DNA of 63,500 nt, filler included. It is 3 parts of 3 records of this genome, joined end to end, with 100 filler letters (N's around TTAATTAATTAA, not from the genome) between each part and the next. Parts side by side here need not be neighbours in the genome. Positions count along the whole stretch, not along the records: positions 31,374 to 56,823 come from SRR31156797_1375; 2 more parts are not named here. One strand, 5' to 3'. Every line of letters begins with the position of its first letter. Position 1 is the stretch's first letter. The notes under the pieces were generated by a model, which saw only the letters and a list, made by a program, of their open reading frames with translations, was not told the origin of the DNA and ran no database searches. Position numbers and translations under genes: made by a program. Positions 38,701-49,145 of the stretch are shown here, piece after piece.

Positions 38701-40773
38701 ATGAGTTGGATTTGGAGATTCCTGCGACGAAATTACCCCTACTTTTATAAGGCCATCCTTTTTCTGATCAGCCTGGTGATACTGGTATCTTTTTTTCCGA
38801 AAGAAGCCAAATTCAAATATGAATTCACAAAGAGCCGCCCATGGCTGCACGAAGACCTGATTGCTCCCTTTGATTTTCCGGTATTGAAAGCTCCCGAAGA
38901 AATTGAGAAAGAACGGGAAGAAGTGTTGGAAAATCATGAAATGTATTTCGACTTCAACCTGAAGATCAACGAAAAAGTAATTAATGATTTTGAAAAAAAC
39001 TTTGAACTCTACTGGGCGGCGAAATATGGTGTAGTACCAGAAAATGAATTGCTCAAACAAACCACCCTGGATCGCGGACTGGAAATACTGAGTTCGATAC
39101 AGGCCCGTGGAATCATCCAAACACCATCTGAAATTGAGGATAAGCCTCCGGGTTACAAAATCACGCTCATCATCAACAACACGGCTGAGCGCATCCGCCT
39201 TGCCGACCTGTATACCATCCACACGGCCTTTGAGCAACTTAACAAAATGCTCAGCGAATCCGGAACTGTGGATGTGGAGGTGCTCAGGCAGCTACTCGAA
39301 GAATCGATCACGCTGAACATTTTTTATAACGAAAAAGTAACGCAATCGGAATTGCAGGATTTTCTTGACCAGGTTTCCACAACCCGGGGTATGGTGCAAG
39401 AGGGCGAACGCATCATATCCAAAGGCGAAGTGATCAGCAAAGAAAAGTACCGCATCCTGGAATCGCTGCGGCAGGAGTACGAAACCCGGCTTGGGCTGGA
39501 TTCGGATTATTACCTGATCCTGGCAGGCCAGATTTTGCTTGTGGCCATTTCGCTGACAGTGCTTGTGTTTTTCCTGTACTTTTTCCGGCGCGATATCCTG
39601 GAGGACAACAAAAAAGTGGTGCTCATACTGGTGGTGATCATTCTCATGGTTTTCATGGTGAGTACGGCACTCAAATTCGATGTGCAATACATTTACCTGG
39701 TGCCGCTTTGTATCGCACCAATTATGATCCGCGTATTTTTTGATACCCGCCTGGCATTGTATACCTACCTGATCAACATCATCCTTATCGGATTTTTGGT
39801 TCCCAACAGTTTCCAGTTTTTATTCATGCAACTTATTTCGGGTATCATAACTATTTTCAGCATAGTAAACCTGCAAAAACGGTCGCAGTTTTTATTTACT
39901 TCTCTTGTGGTATTCATCTCCTACTCCGCCATCTATACCGGCCTCAACCTGATCCAGGAGGGCAATTTTACAACCATCCGGCCACAAGATTATGCCATGT
40001 TTGCCGGCTCAGCGCTGCTGATCCTGTTTTCATATCCTTTGATCTATTTATTCGAAAAGATATTTGGGCTCGTTACCGACGTAACCTTGCTGGAACTCTC
40101 CAACACCAACAGCAAACTCCTGAGGGAACTTTCATTACGGGCGCCCGGAACCTTCCAGCACTCCCTGCAGGTAGCCAACCTGGCTGAGGAAGCTATTTTT
40201 GAAGTTGGCGGCGATGCACTCATTACACGAACCGGCGCACTTTATCACGATATTGGTAAAATGGACCAACCCATGTATTTTATCGAAAACCAGGTAACCG
40301 GAGTTAACCCGCACGATGAGCTCACCAACGAGGAAAGTGCACGAATCATTATCGGTCATGTGATCAAAGGCATCGAAAAGGCCAAGGCAGCCAAGCTGCC
40401 CGAGCAGATCATCGACTTCATACGTACGCACCACGGCACAAGCCGTGTAGGCTACTTTTATGCCATGCAACAAAAAGAAAACCCCGATGAACAGGTGGAT
40501 GCAAAGCGCTACACCTATCCCGGCCCTATCCCCTTCTCCAAAGAAACATCAGTAGTGATGATGTCCGACTCCGTGGAAGCGGCCTCACGCAGCCTTAAGG
40601 TAATCAACGAAGAAACCATCAACAACCTGGTTGAAATGATCATTAACAAACAAATGGAGACCGGTCAGTTTGCCAACTCCGACATTACCCTGCGCGACAT
40701 CAACAAAATCAAAAAAATTCTCAAAAATAAACTGATGAACATCTACCATATCAGGATTGAGTATCCGAAGTAA
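38701..40773 (+). CDS. 7TM-HD (HDIG) phosphohydrolase, PgpH-like
   Basis: Extracellular domain, about 7 TM, APGTFQHS, YHDIGK, THHGT and DSVEAASRSL. Confidence 0.92.
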   Translation: MSWIWRFLRRNYPYFYKAILFLISLVILVSFFPKEAKFKYEFTKSRPWLHEDLIAPFDFPVLKAPEEIEKEREEVLENHEMYFDFNLKINEKVINDFEKNFELYWAAKYGVVPENELLKQTTLDRGLEILSSIQARGIIQTPSEIEDKPPGYKITLIINNTAERIRLADLYTIHTAFEQLNKMLSESGTVDVEVLRQLLEESITLNIFYNEKVTQSELQDFLDQVSTTRGMVQEGERIISKGEVISKEKYRILESLRQEYETRLGLDSDYYLILAGQILLVAISLTVLVFFLYFFRRDILEDNKKVVLILVVIILMVFMVSTALKFDVQYIYLVPLCIAPIMIRVFFDTRLALYTYLINIILIGFLVPNSFQFLFMQLISGIITIFSIVNLQKRSQFLFTSLVVFISYSAIYTGLNLIQEGNFTTIRPQDYAMFAGSALLILFSYPLIYLFEKIFGLVTDVTLLELSNTNSKLLRELSLRAPGTFQHSLQVANLAEEAIFEVGGDALITRTGALYHDIGKMDQPMYFIENQVTGVNPHDELTNEESARIIIGHVIKGIEKAKAAKLPEQIIDFIRTHHGTSRVGYFYAMQQKENPDEQVDAKRYTYPGPIPFSKETSVVMMSDSVEAASRSLKVINEETINNLVEMIINKQMETGQFANSDITLRDINKIKKILKNKLMNIYHIRIEYPK

Positions 40774-40921
40774 CCGGACAATTGGGCGTTTTGAGTTTAG
40801 CCTTTTGGAGTTAAGCCTTTTGAGCTACACTTACATATATCAGCCTCAATCGAAACAGTATATGTATCTTTGATGAAGTCAATCATCAAAACAATTATAG
40901 TTCAACATATACTCAACCGTC

Positions 40922-43900
40922 ATGAATTTCAACATATCGAAGTTTTCTTCAGGTTTATGGATTGCGATTTCATCTGCAATTGTGCTCATCTTTTTTTACC
41001 TGTTTTATGTAGAAATTTATATGAAACAGCAGGAAAAGGATGTTGTTTCAACCCGGTTTCGTGTGCTTGACCAAATGGGGAAAAACATCAGCAAACGCTA
41101 TGATATCTTAAAACAAAACGCGGAGGACCTCAGTGGCAAGGTAGCGCTGGATACGGCATCAAATAAACGTTTAGCCGAAAGCATAAACAACAGGAAAGAT
41201 ATCAACAAAAAACTTGAAGTAAAATCCGTTACCGCTGTAAACGACACCATAAATGACAAATCATGGAAATCCGGCACAAAACAGCTCTCATTTTATATTA
41301 AAATCATAAACCAAAATGAACCGGATTCGTCCTCAAAAGGCATCATGACTGTAGAATCATCCTATGAAAATCTGATAAACGGGCTTGAGCGGAAAGATAT
41401 TTTCGATGGTATTCTACTGATCAACAATAAATACCAGGTGGTGCACAATAACCTCAACCAGGAAATAATCCTTACAAAGGGTGATGGTGATGAAGCCTCC
41501 CCTATCATGGGAAAGGAAGCCAAATCAAGGACAGATAAAGAGAAGGAAATACATGATTACATGAAGTCGGAGATTGGCAATATATTTTCCGGAGAAGCCA
41601 TCGATATTGAAATTTCCAACAGTGCCTATAAAGCTTTTGTAAAGCCTATTGAGGTTAACAACCAAACCTGGTATGCCATTGGGCTGATGCATAAATCAAC
41701 GTTTAATGCCACCATCAGAAGCATTGAACCTTCGTTTGTTATCCTGCTCTCACTTGTGCTGGTCTTTATCATCCTTGGCCTGCCCTTAATCAAACTCGCT
41801 GTAATTTCCACATCAGATCAACTGGATACCTCCACCATCATCAGCAGTGCGCTTTCAACCATCCTGGGTGGATCAATCATTATCCTTTTTCTCTTTTTCT
41901 TATCCCAAAATTATAAACGCAATTCCAACATAAAACGTCATCTAACCGTATTGTCGGATTCAATTGAAAATCATTTTTTGTCTGAAATAAACAGTGCGTA
42001 TAAGCAAATGGTTGATTATGATAAAAATCCTTTTTGCTTGGTAAAACATGCCGGGGTTTATAAGGTTAATGAATCACTGCTGAACAGCACAAAAAATTCA
42101 AATGTCCTGGCTGTAATTCAAGGCAACAAACCCATTTTGCTTAACGACCGCGATTCATGGACTTTGTATCCAAAATCCGGGCTTGTGGCGAAAGATATTT
42201 TAAATATCCCAGAACCATTTTACCCATCAATTTACCCTTATGGCGATTATTACTTTTGGGTAGATAAAAACGGCAGACAGAAAGCGTACTACACGCCTTT
42301 CAACGAATTTGGCACCTTGTCCGACTTAAGTTCGAGGGACTATGTGAACAAAAAAGACGAATGGTTTTTACCCAATAGCAAAAATGAAAAATTCAGGCTT
42401 GAGTCCATTGTTTCGGTAAGTTCCGGCTCTGTAAAAGCAGCCATTTCCAAACCAAGCAATTTACTGGGAATCCCGGTCATAGCCATCTCATCAAAGCTTA
42501 CATCCATCATCAATACGATCCTTCCCAAAGATTACGCATTTTGCATCATTGATAAAACCGGTAAAGTATGGTTTCACTCCAACGAAAACCTGAACCTTAA
42601 GGAGAACTTTATAGAAGAATGTAACAGCGACAGCGAACTAAAATCACTCATCTATGCCAATGTGGACAACACCCTTGAAGTGGATTACTACAACAAAAGG
42701 CACAAAATTCATATCAGCCCCATAAACAACATACCGCTCTACCTCATCACCATGCATAACATGCAGGCGGAGAGCTCCTTCCAGAAGCAGGCCGTCACCC
42801 TTACACTTGCACTGCTTGGTTTTCTGCTGCTGACCCTGTTTGTACAAATCATCGCGCTGTTGATTATTGAACGAAAATACCGGCTTGCATTAAACCGGAA
42901 TTTGATCATGAAACTCACCCGCCCCATCAGCAGGCTCAACGGCGAATACATTTACCTTGTAAAACTATATCTTATTGTTGTTTTTCTGATCATCCCATTT
43001 CTTATCATTTATCAGGATTTGGCCGCCATAATGATCATCTTCGCCATGGTAATCATGATGTTTTGGTATTCATATTATATCCTGAACCAGAATGAACTGA
43101 AGAAAAAACATCGCAAAAGATTTGGCCAGTTCAACTTTGTCTTGCTACTCATTGTAACTGTGGTTAGCAGCATCCTTTTACAAGATGAAGGATGGTGGAA
43201 AATCTTGCTCTTTGAAGGCGTTTTGGGCACTGCCATTCTCCTGGCGCACCTTTTCGTAAGAAAAGAAAAACAGGATTCCTCTGGATACTGGAAAAATTAC
43301 ACCTACTTTTTTCTCATGGTACTAATCCTTTTCGGGATATTCCCCACCCTCAAATTTTATGAGCTGGCTTATAAAACTGAAGCTGAAATCCGGGTGAGGC
43401 ATATGATGTATGATTTTGCAAATCAAAAAGAGAAAAGGAACCTGGACATGCACAACTACTTTTCAAAAGTTAACGTGAGGGATAGCGCCAGATCTCATAT
43501 TGAAGAAATATATACCTCGCGTAAAAAAAGGGGTATTTACGGAGATATGATTCATGGGCTGAAACTCCGCAATAAGAAAGTCCCGGATACATTGGATTTA
43601 AAGAACGGTTGCGAAATGATGATTAAAGATTCGATTTATAGTAAGAAGTTTATTGCACAGTTGAGGATCGGTTCAAATGAAGAAAAGATAATGATTGTAA
43701 ATGTTTCGATCGACTCGATTAACAGCAAAAATTTCAGTAATAGGCTGATCATCGATTCCAGTGCCCCAAACAAATTTAGTGAACAAGTGGCCATCGATAC
43801 AATCGTAAGCAATAATTCGAGCCCGTGGGAAAACCTGATCAAATTCTTCCGCCCTTATTATGATAATTATATGGTGGAAAATAAATACCTGCTTCACGAA

Positions 43901-45379
43901 AGAGCCAACGATAGAAATATAGCCTGGTATCTTACAGACAATGACAAAAGTTTAACCCTCGTTTATCCTAGCCTTACCAATAATTTTTCACTCGAAGAAA
44001 TAGAATACAATGCTGTTTCTGCAGAACTACCGGAGCTCTGTTTGTACCTTCCGTTTAGTTTTAATGGAATGTCCGGGACGCATGAATGGGTGTTGAATGT
44101 GATTTTCTGGATCATGGTTGGTATGTTTATCTACCTTTTTTATGCCCTGATCAATTACAGCATTTCACAAATATTTGCCCGCAGGATCATCACCAACTTC
44201 CATTACCAGGATTTCGGCAGAATACTCCATCAACAAAAACTGGCCAACAAAGACATCCTGGTTTACAGGCTTTCCAGACGGGATCACTCAACAGCATTCC
44301 GTGATGATTTCATAAAAACCTATGGCAGCCTGGCCATCGACACATCTTCAGCTGATAAAATGTCCAAAACACAGCGGCATATCGATAGCCTCATACGTAA
44401 ACGGACAAAGTTAAATGAAACAGTTGCTCAGGAAACCTTAACTCTGCTCATAGATCATTTTGACATGGGTTTTGAACTAGCTGATCTTTTCATCCAAAAA
44501 TTGGATGTGGTCAGGAAATACCTAAAAAGGAATGATATCCACCTGGTGATTTTTTCGCAATTGAAACCTGGAGTAATTCAAAAATACTACAGGGAAGAGG
44601 CAGACAAACTATTAGAAGAGAAAATTGGCGACCCGGAAGGCATCAAACTGCAGCTGGAAACATGCAAAAATATCATCAATCAGTTGGACGAACTCATGTT
44701 TGCACTGCTAATCACTTCGCTACCGGTTTTATACCAGAGGCCTGAAAAAGACATCAAAAAATATTGCACCGAAAAACCGAGGCGCATTAGCCATGAAGCA
44801 CTGATCAAAGGTGAACTATCTGCCAGCGATTACCTGATGCACTATCAGGAGGCACTGTTAGAATACAAATCAGGATACATTGATGCAGAAAACATATTAG
44901 AAGGCGAAGAATTGATCATTACCAAAATCAATACGCTGGCCGATAAGTATTACAGCGATATTTTCGAGAGCTGTACCGCTGAAGAAAAATACTTACTTTT
45001 TGATATGGCCCATGACCAAATTGTAAATTCTAAAAATGAAGAAGCCATAAACAGTTTACTAAGAAAGGGATTGCTGGTGAAAAAGTGCTACAAGATCAAT
45101 TTTATGAATATGAGCTTTCGCCGATATATCATGTCGAAGATCAGCAAACCGGAAAAGCTTAAAATTGAATCCGCACTGGGAAAACCAACCGGAACCTGGC
45201 AGGGTTATCGCAATGCATTGATACTGGTCATCGTGGCCCTGTTTATTTTTATTGCTTTGGCCAACCAGGATTTCCTTGATAACCTGAAAAGCCTTTTCGT
45301 GGCTCTTGGCGGTATCATTGCAGTGATCACCAGCGTACTCCGTATGCTGAGCCAAAAAAACAAGCCGGCTTCGGATTAA
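40922..45379 (+). CDS. Large multi-pass membrane protein with Cache-like domains and a cytoplasmic C-terminal domain
   Basis: 1485 aa with many TM segments. Cache-like LSSRDY and F.IIDKTGKVWFHS. C-terminal Y..IF..C..EEK.LL.D.A.D..VN.KN...I..LL.KGLL...MN.SFR. Confidence 0.65.
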   Translation: MNFNISKFSSGLWIAISSAIVLIFFYLFYVEIYMKQQEKDVVSTRFRVLDQMGKNISKRYDILKQNAEDLSGKVALDTASNKRLAESINNRKDINKKLEVKSVTAVNDTINDKSWKSGTKQLSFYIKIINQNEPDSSSKGIMTVESSYENLINGLERKDIFDGILLINNKYQVVHNNLNQEIILTKGDGDEASPIMGKEAKSRTDKEKEIHDYMKSEIGNIFSGEAIDIEISNSAYKAFVKPIEVNNQTWYAIGLMHKSTFNATIRSIEPSFVILLSLVLVFIILGLPLIKLAVISTSDQLDTSTIISSALSTILGGSIIILFLFFLSQNYKRNSNIKRHLTVLSDSIENHFLSEINSAYKQMVDYDKNPFCLVKHAGVYKVNESLLNSTKNSNVLAVIQGNKPILLNDRDSWTLYPKSGLVAKDILNIPEPFYPSIYPYGDYYFWVDKNGRQKAYYTPFNEFGTLSDLSSRDYVNKKDEWFLPNSKNEKFRLESIVSVSSGSVKAAISKPSNLLGIPVIAISSKLTSIINTILPKDYAFCIIDKTGKVWFHSNENLNLKENFIEECNSDSELKSLIYANVDNTLEVDYYNKRHKIHISPINNIPLYLITMHNMQAESSFQKQAVTLTLALLGFLLLTLFVQIIALLIIERKYRLALNRNLIMKLTRPISRLNGEYIYLVKLYLIVVFLIIPFLIIYQDLAAIMIIFAMVIMMFWYSYYILNQNELKKKHRKRFGQFNFVLLLIVTVVSSILLQDEGWWKILLFEGVLGTAILLAHLFVRKEKQDSSGYWKNYTYFFLMVLILFGIFPTLKFYELAYKTEAEIRVRHMMYDFANQKEKRNLDMHNYFSKVNVRDSARSHIEEIYTSRKKRGIYGDMIHGLKLRNKKVPDTLDLKNGCEMMIKDSIYSKKFIAQLRIGSNEEKIMIVNVSIDSINSKNFSNRLIIDSSAPNKFSEQVAIDTIVSNNSSPWENLIKFFRPYYDNYMVENKYLLHERANDRNIAWYLTDNDKSLTLVYPSLTNNFSLEEIEYNAVSAELPELCLYLPFSFNGMSGTHEWVLNVIFWIMVGMFIYLFYALINYSISQIFARRIITNFHYQDFGRILHQQKLANKDILVYRLSRRDHSTAFRDDFIKTYGSLAIDTSSADKMSKTQRHIDSLIRKRTKLNETVAQETLTLLIDHFDMGFELADLFIQKLDVVRKYLKRNDIHLVIFSQLKPGVIQKYYREEADKLLEEKIGDPEGIKLQLETCKNIINQLDELMFALLITSLPVLYQRPEKDIKKYCTEKPRRISHEALIKGELSASDYLMHYQEALLEYKSGYIDAENILEGEELIITKINTLADKYYSDIFESCTAEEKYLLFDMAHDQIVNSKNEEAINSLLRKGLLVKKCYKINFMNMSFRRYIMSKISKPEKLKIESALGKPTGTWQGYRNALILVIVALFIFIALANQDFLDNLKSLFVALGGIIAVITSVLRMLSQKNKPASD

Positions 45380-45437
45380 ACAATCATCAGAATGATTAAA
45401 TGAATTTTTTATTAAATGCAATTTAAAAACATGATAC

Positions 45438-46553
45438 ATGAAGCATAAAACACTGTTAGCATTATCCGTATTGATGCTACTCCATATATGGACACATGCC
45501 CAATCTGTGGAGACAAAATTACATTCAATGATAGATTCCGTTTATGCTGCACACCCTGCATCCGTTGGGATTATGGTGCATGTGGAATCGCCTGACAAAA
45601 ATATTTCCTGGAGTGGAGCCAGCGGCTTTTCTGCAATGGACAGCAACAACAAACTTGATCCCGACCAGCCTGTCTTGATTGCCAGCAACACAAAAACCTA
45701 TGTTTCAGCCGCAATACTCCGCCTGGTTGAACAGGGAAAATTATCCATCGACGATCCCATAAACCATTTACTTACTGATACAACCCGCAGCCTGTTCTCT
45801 GGTGGTGGCTACGATTTGAAAACCATCTACATCAAACACCTGCTTTCACACACCAGCGGTATCCGGGATTATGCAAACGATGATTACGTTAATTTTATCA
45901 GTAACAACAAAAACTACAGGTGGAGCCGGGATGAACAACTGGAGATGACCATCAAATCAGGAAAGCCGATGGGAAAACCCGGCAAAACCTTTAATTATTC
46001 CGATGCCAATTATCTTCTTCTTACAGAGATTATCGAACAGATCACTGGTAAACCATTCTACACAGCCATGCGCGAACTCCTGCTGTATGAACAACTGGGA
46101 CTGAGTGATACCTGGTTCTACACGCTTGAACCCCAGCCGGCTAACGCCAAAGATTTAGCAACCCAGTATTGGAGCGAGATGGACTGGAACACCTATACTA
46201 TTGATGTGTCGATGGATGTATACGGCGGCGGTGGCATAGCATCCACAACCAGCGATCTGGCCATTTTCTTTTTCAAATTATTCAACAATGAGATCATCAG
46301 GGATACTGCTACTTTCAATCAAATTTTCACGGAAATTCCGACGTTGGATGCAGAGCCAAGTAATTACTTTATGGGAATAGCAGCTAATGAATACAACGGG
46401 TTTAATGCCTATGAGCATAGCGGTTTTTGGGGAACAGTAGCTGTATATCTCCCTGGATTAGAAACATCAATAGCTGTGTTTGTGCTGGAAAGAGACAAGA
46501 GGTGGCTCAGGCCGGAAATTACCGGTCAAATCATTCGAATCATCAACCATTAA
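45438..46553 (+). CDS. Serine hydrolase, beta-lactamase/D-Ala-D-Ala carboxypeptidase family
   Basis: Signal peptide, IASNTK (SxxK), LLSHTSG, YSDANY and HSG. Confidence 0.9.
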   Translation: MKHKTLLALSVLMLLHIWTHAQSVETKLHSMIDSVYAAHPASVGIMVHVESPDKNISWSGASGFSAMDSNNKLDPDQPVLIASNTKTYVSAAILRLVEQGKLSIDDPINHLLTDTTRSLFSGGGYDLKTIYIKHLLSHTSGIRDYANDDYVNFISNNKNYRWSRDEQLEMTIKSGKPMGKPGKTFNYSDANYLLLTEIIEQITGKPFYTAMRELLLYEQLGLSDTWFYTLEPQPANAKDLATQYWSEMDWNTYTIDVSMDVYGGGGIASTTSDLAIFFFKLFNNEIIRDTATFNQIFTEIPTLDAEPSNYFMGIAANEYNGFNAYEHSGFWGTVAVYLPGLETSIAVFVLERDKRWLRPEITGQIIRIINH

Positions 46554-46613
46554 ATATATTGAAGTGTTCCGGCAGCTACTTGTTAAGCGCATTCCTTATT
46601 TTATTGCAGCATA

Positions 46614-48806
46614 CTATTCAACAACAATGATCCGGTTTTCCTGGGTGCCATTGGCATGTATTACTGAAGCAATATAAGTACCGGACATAAGATTTTGAAT
46701 ATTCAACCGAACAGTATTGCCGGCTGCATTTACTTCCAACAAACGCTTCCCGGTGATATCAGTTACAGATACCGTTTCGATTTCAATACCAGAACGCAGG
46801 TTGAGCAAATCGCCCTTTACGGGATTTGGCCAAAGTTTAACATCTGCAACAGCCGGCTGCCCGGGAATGGAAGTTATTGAAGGATTCACTTCGAGGGTGA
46901 ATTCGCCACCAACAACCGATACTACTTCTACTGCCCTAGAGTGAGCAGAAATATCATGCACATTGAAAGTAATATTGACACCTTCAGCCGGCAAATCTTC
47001 AAAATCATCCTTCAACTCAAAACTCAGTGTGGCCAGGTGTCCATAACCTGAAACATTATTATGGTTGGTTTTGGTGATACCCACATCAATGAGTGGCAGG
47101 TCATTATGTTTCATTTTCATGTCCAGCCCATTACCTTCACCATCATAAATCCAGGCATTTGAAAAGTTGAGCTTTACTGAACCATCTTTAATCCAATCAT
47201 TTTCATATGCAATTCTAAACATCATACCGTAAAAATTTTCCACCTGGTTCAGATCATCACCAAAATACACCGGAACACTCACTTTGTTATTGTCCGATAA
47301 TACAACCTCATCTACACCAGGGAAAAGTGGTGCTCCCTCTCCACTTCCGGATTTGAATGGATTGACGGGATGTGAAAATGTATAGTTCTGTATGATAGCC
47401 AGCGTATCGTCATCATTGCTAATACCATCGCCGTTGCAATCGGCATACTTCATATTTTCATTATTGGGGAGCGTATCCAACCACAAAGCAGCATTTTGTC
47501 CGTACCATCCAGTGGTAGGATTTTCACGCCCCGCACCTGTTAATCCACTGGTAAGCCCGAGTACCATCAGGTCGGCCATATTCACAAAGCCATCGTTGTT
47601 GGCATCACCGGGCCAAACGCAATCGAAAACACATTCGGGCTGCAGGCCGGTATCATCTGTCTTCATAATGTAAATATCAGATTCACTCACATTGCGATCA
47701 TTTTTCAACCATCCGGCCACTACATATCCTTCGCCCTGGTCCGGAATAATTTTTACGATTTTTGTTGAAGTATCCGAACCCAATATGGGTGTTCTTCCAA
47801 GCAGGTTGCCATCGGGATCCAGTTCAAGCAAATAACTCTGGAAAATGGTTGTCCCAAATGCGGAAAACTGGTTTTCTATCATCAACAGGTTGCCACTTGC
47901 TGTTTCGGCAATATCAAATCCCTGGGTGTACATGCTTTCGGGTTCAAATGCTTTTGCCCAAATCAGATTTCCTTCGGCATCGGTGCGAAGCGCACCACTT
48001 GCTGTTGCATTGGGGCCTATTGCTCCGGCAACAATATAACCTCCGTCGGAAGTCTGCTTGATGCTCTGGGCATAACGCAGGGGGCTTTGATCTGCTTCAT
48101 AAATATTCGACCATACCGAGTCAGCATTAGCATCAAATTTCCAGATAAAGGCTGATCCGATTCCACCGCTGGTGGCACCGCAAATCACAAAACCTCCATC
48201 ATCGGTTTGGGCAATGTCGTGGGTGAAAGTACCGCTGAACCAGACCGGTGGTACAAGGCTTTTCAGTTCTTTTTCTTCGATAAGATCACCGTCACTCTCG
48301 ATCAGGTACAGGTAGGGCTTGTTCATATTTGAGTAGGTGATCATTGCAAGACGACCATCGGGCAATTCTGTCCCGACGGCAATCAATGCACGGTGATATT
48401 CAACTTCATCTGACCATTGTGTTGTCCACAGCGTATCCCCCTGCGGAGAAAACCGAACTGCATACGGCCAGTTACCCTGTCCACCATTTCCAAACAAAAT
48501 AAAATCTCCGTTTTGCGCTTCGATGGCTGAAAACCCCCGTTCAGAATAATTACTTAAAGAAACCACAGACTCCCATTGGGATGTTCCGTTTACATTCAGT
48601 TTAATCAATTTAAAGTCACTGGTTCCGCCATCAGAATCATATGCGCTTACCAGGAATCCGCCATCAGAGGTTTTTACTAAATCATAGGCAAACTCAGCAC
48701 CCTCATCACCAATCACGTTAGCCCATCGATCCTGGGCCTGCGACTGGTTCATCATTAAAACAATCAGGATTATATAAAAAGTAAAATGGAGTATTGTGCG
48801 TTTCAT
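46614..48806 (-). CDS. T9SS type A-sorted protein: beta-propeller-like repeats, dockerin-like and cohesin-like domains
   Basis: T.DGG repeats, WPGDANNDGFVNMADL and ADCNGDGI...DD, cohesin-like G..F.I.Y...G.G.LATL.F, and a C-terminal WPNPV...L..G.Y. Confidence 0.8.
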   Translation of the reverse strand: MKRTILHFTFYIILIVLMMNQSQAQDRWANVIGDEGAEFAYDLVKTSDGGFLVSAYDSDGGTSDFKLIKLNVNGTSQWESVVSLSNYSERGFSAIEAQNGDFILFGNGGQGNWPYAVRFSPQGDTLWTTQWSDEVEYHRALIAVGTELPDGRLAMITYSNMNKPYLYLIESDGDLIEEKELKSLVPPVWFSGTFTHDIAQTDDGGFVICGATSGGIGSAFIWKFDANADSVWSNIYEADQSPLRYAQSIKQTSDGGYIVAGAIGPNATASGALRTDAEGNLIWAKAFEPESMYTQGFDIAETASGNLLMIENQFSAFGTTIFQSYLLELDPDGNLLGRTPILGSDTSTKIVKIIPDQGEGYVVAGWLKNDRNVSESDIYIMKTDDTGLQPECVFDCVWPGDANNDGFVNMADLMVLGLTSGLTGAGRENPTTGWYGQNAALWLDTLPNNENMKYADCNGDGISNDDDTLAIIQNYTFSHPVNPFKSGSGEGAPLFPGVDEVVLSDNNKVSVPVYFGDDLNQVENFYGMMFRIAYENDWIKDGSVKLNFSNAWIYDGEGNGLDMKMKHNDLPLIDVGITKTNHNNVSGYGHLATLSFELKDDFEDLPAEGVNITFNVHDISAHSRAVEVVSVVGGEFTLEVNPSITSIPGQPAVADVKLWPNPVKGDLLNLRSGIEIETVSVTDITGKRLLEVNAAGNTVRLNIQNLMSGTYIASVIHANGTQENRIIVVE

Positions 48807-49145
48807 AATGAACAATATTTTTGTTTAATCTTATTCAGTTTATTTAAACAGTATTGCAAATAAACATTATTCAAATAGCTTATTTTGTTAACTACTCGTT
48901 AATCTTATCAAAATATTGTTAATTTTTCTTGTTTATTATTTATTATTTTTTATTAGTCATAAAAGTATATACCACCGCCAGTTTGAATTGGTTTGTTAAG
49001 TTTCAAAAAAGGCAAATTTATCAGTGTCAACACCCTGACTAAAAAGCCGATCTTAATCCTGAAAGCATTTCGGGAAAATACCAAAAGGTTACCGGGAAAA
49101 TGTATTTTTGAAGCAAATTAAGTTTGGGGAAAAATTATCACACCA

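Noticed and set aside
40789-40826. Three short TTTTG(G)AG-based repeats after the 7TM-HD gene
   Set aside because: Too short and degenerate to interpret.
31472-45379. Dedicated cyclic-nucleotide signalling island (cyclase, CpdB, PgpH-like, Cache protein)
   Set aside because: The genes are on different strands and interspersed with housekeeping genes, so co-location may be chance.
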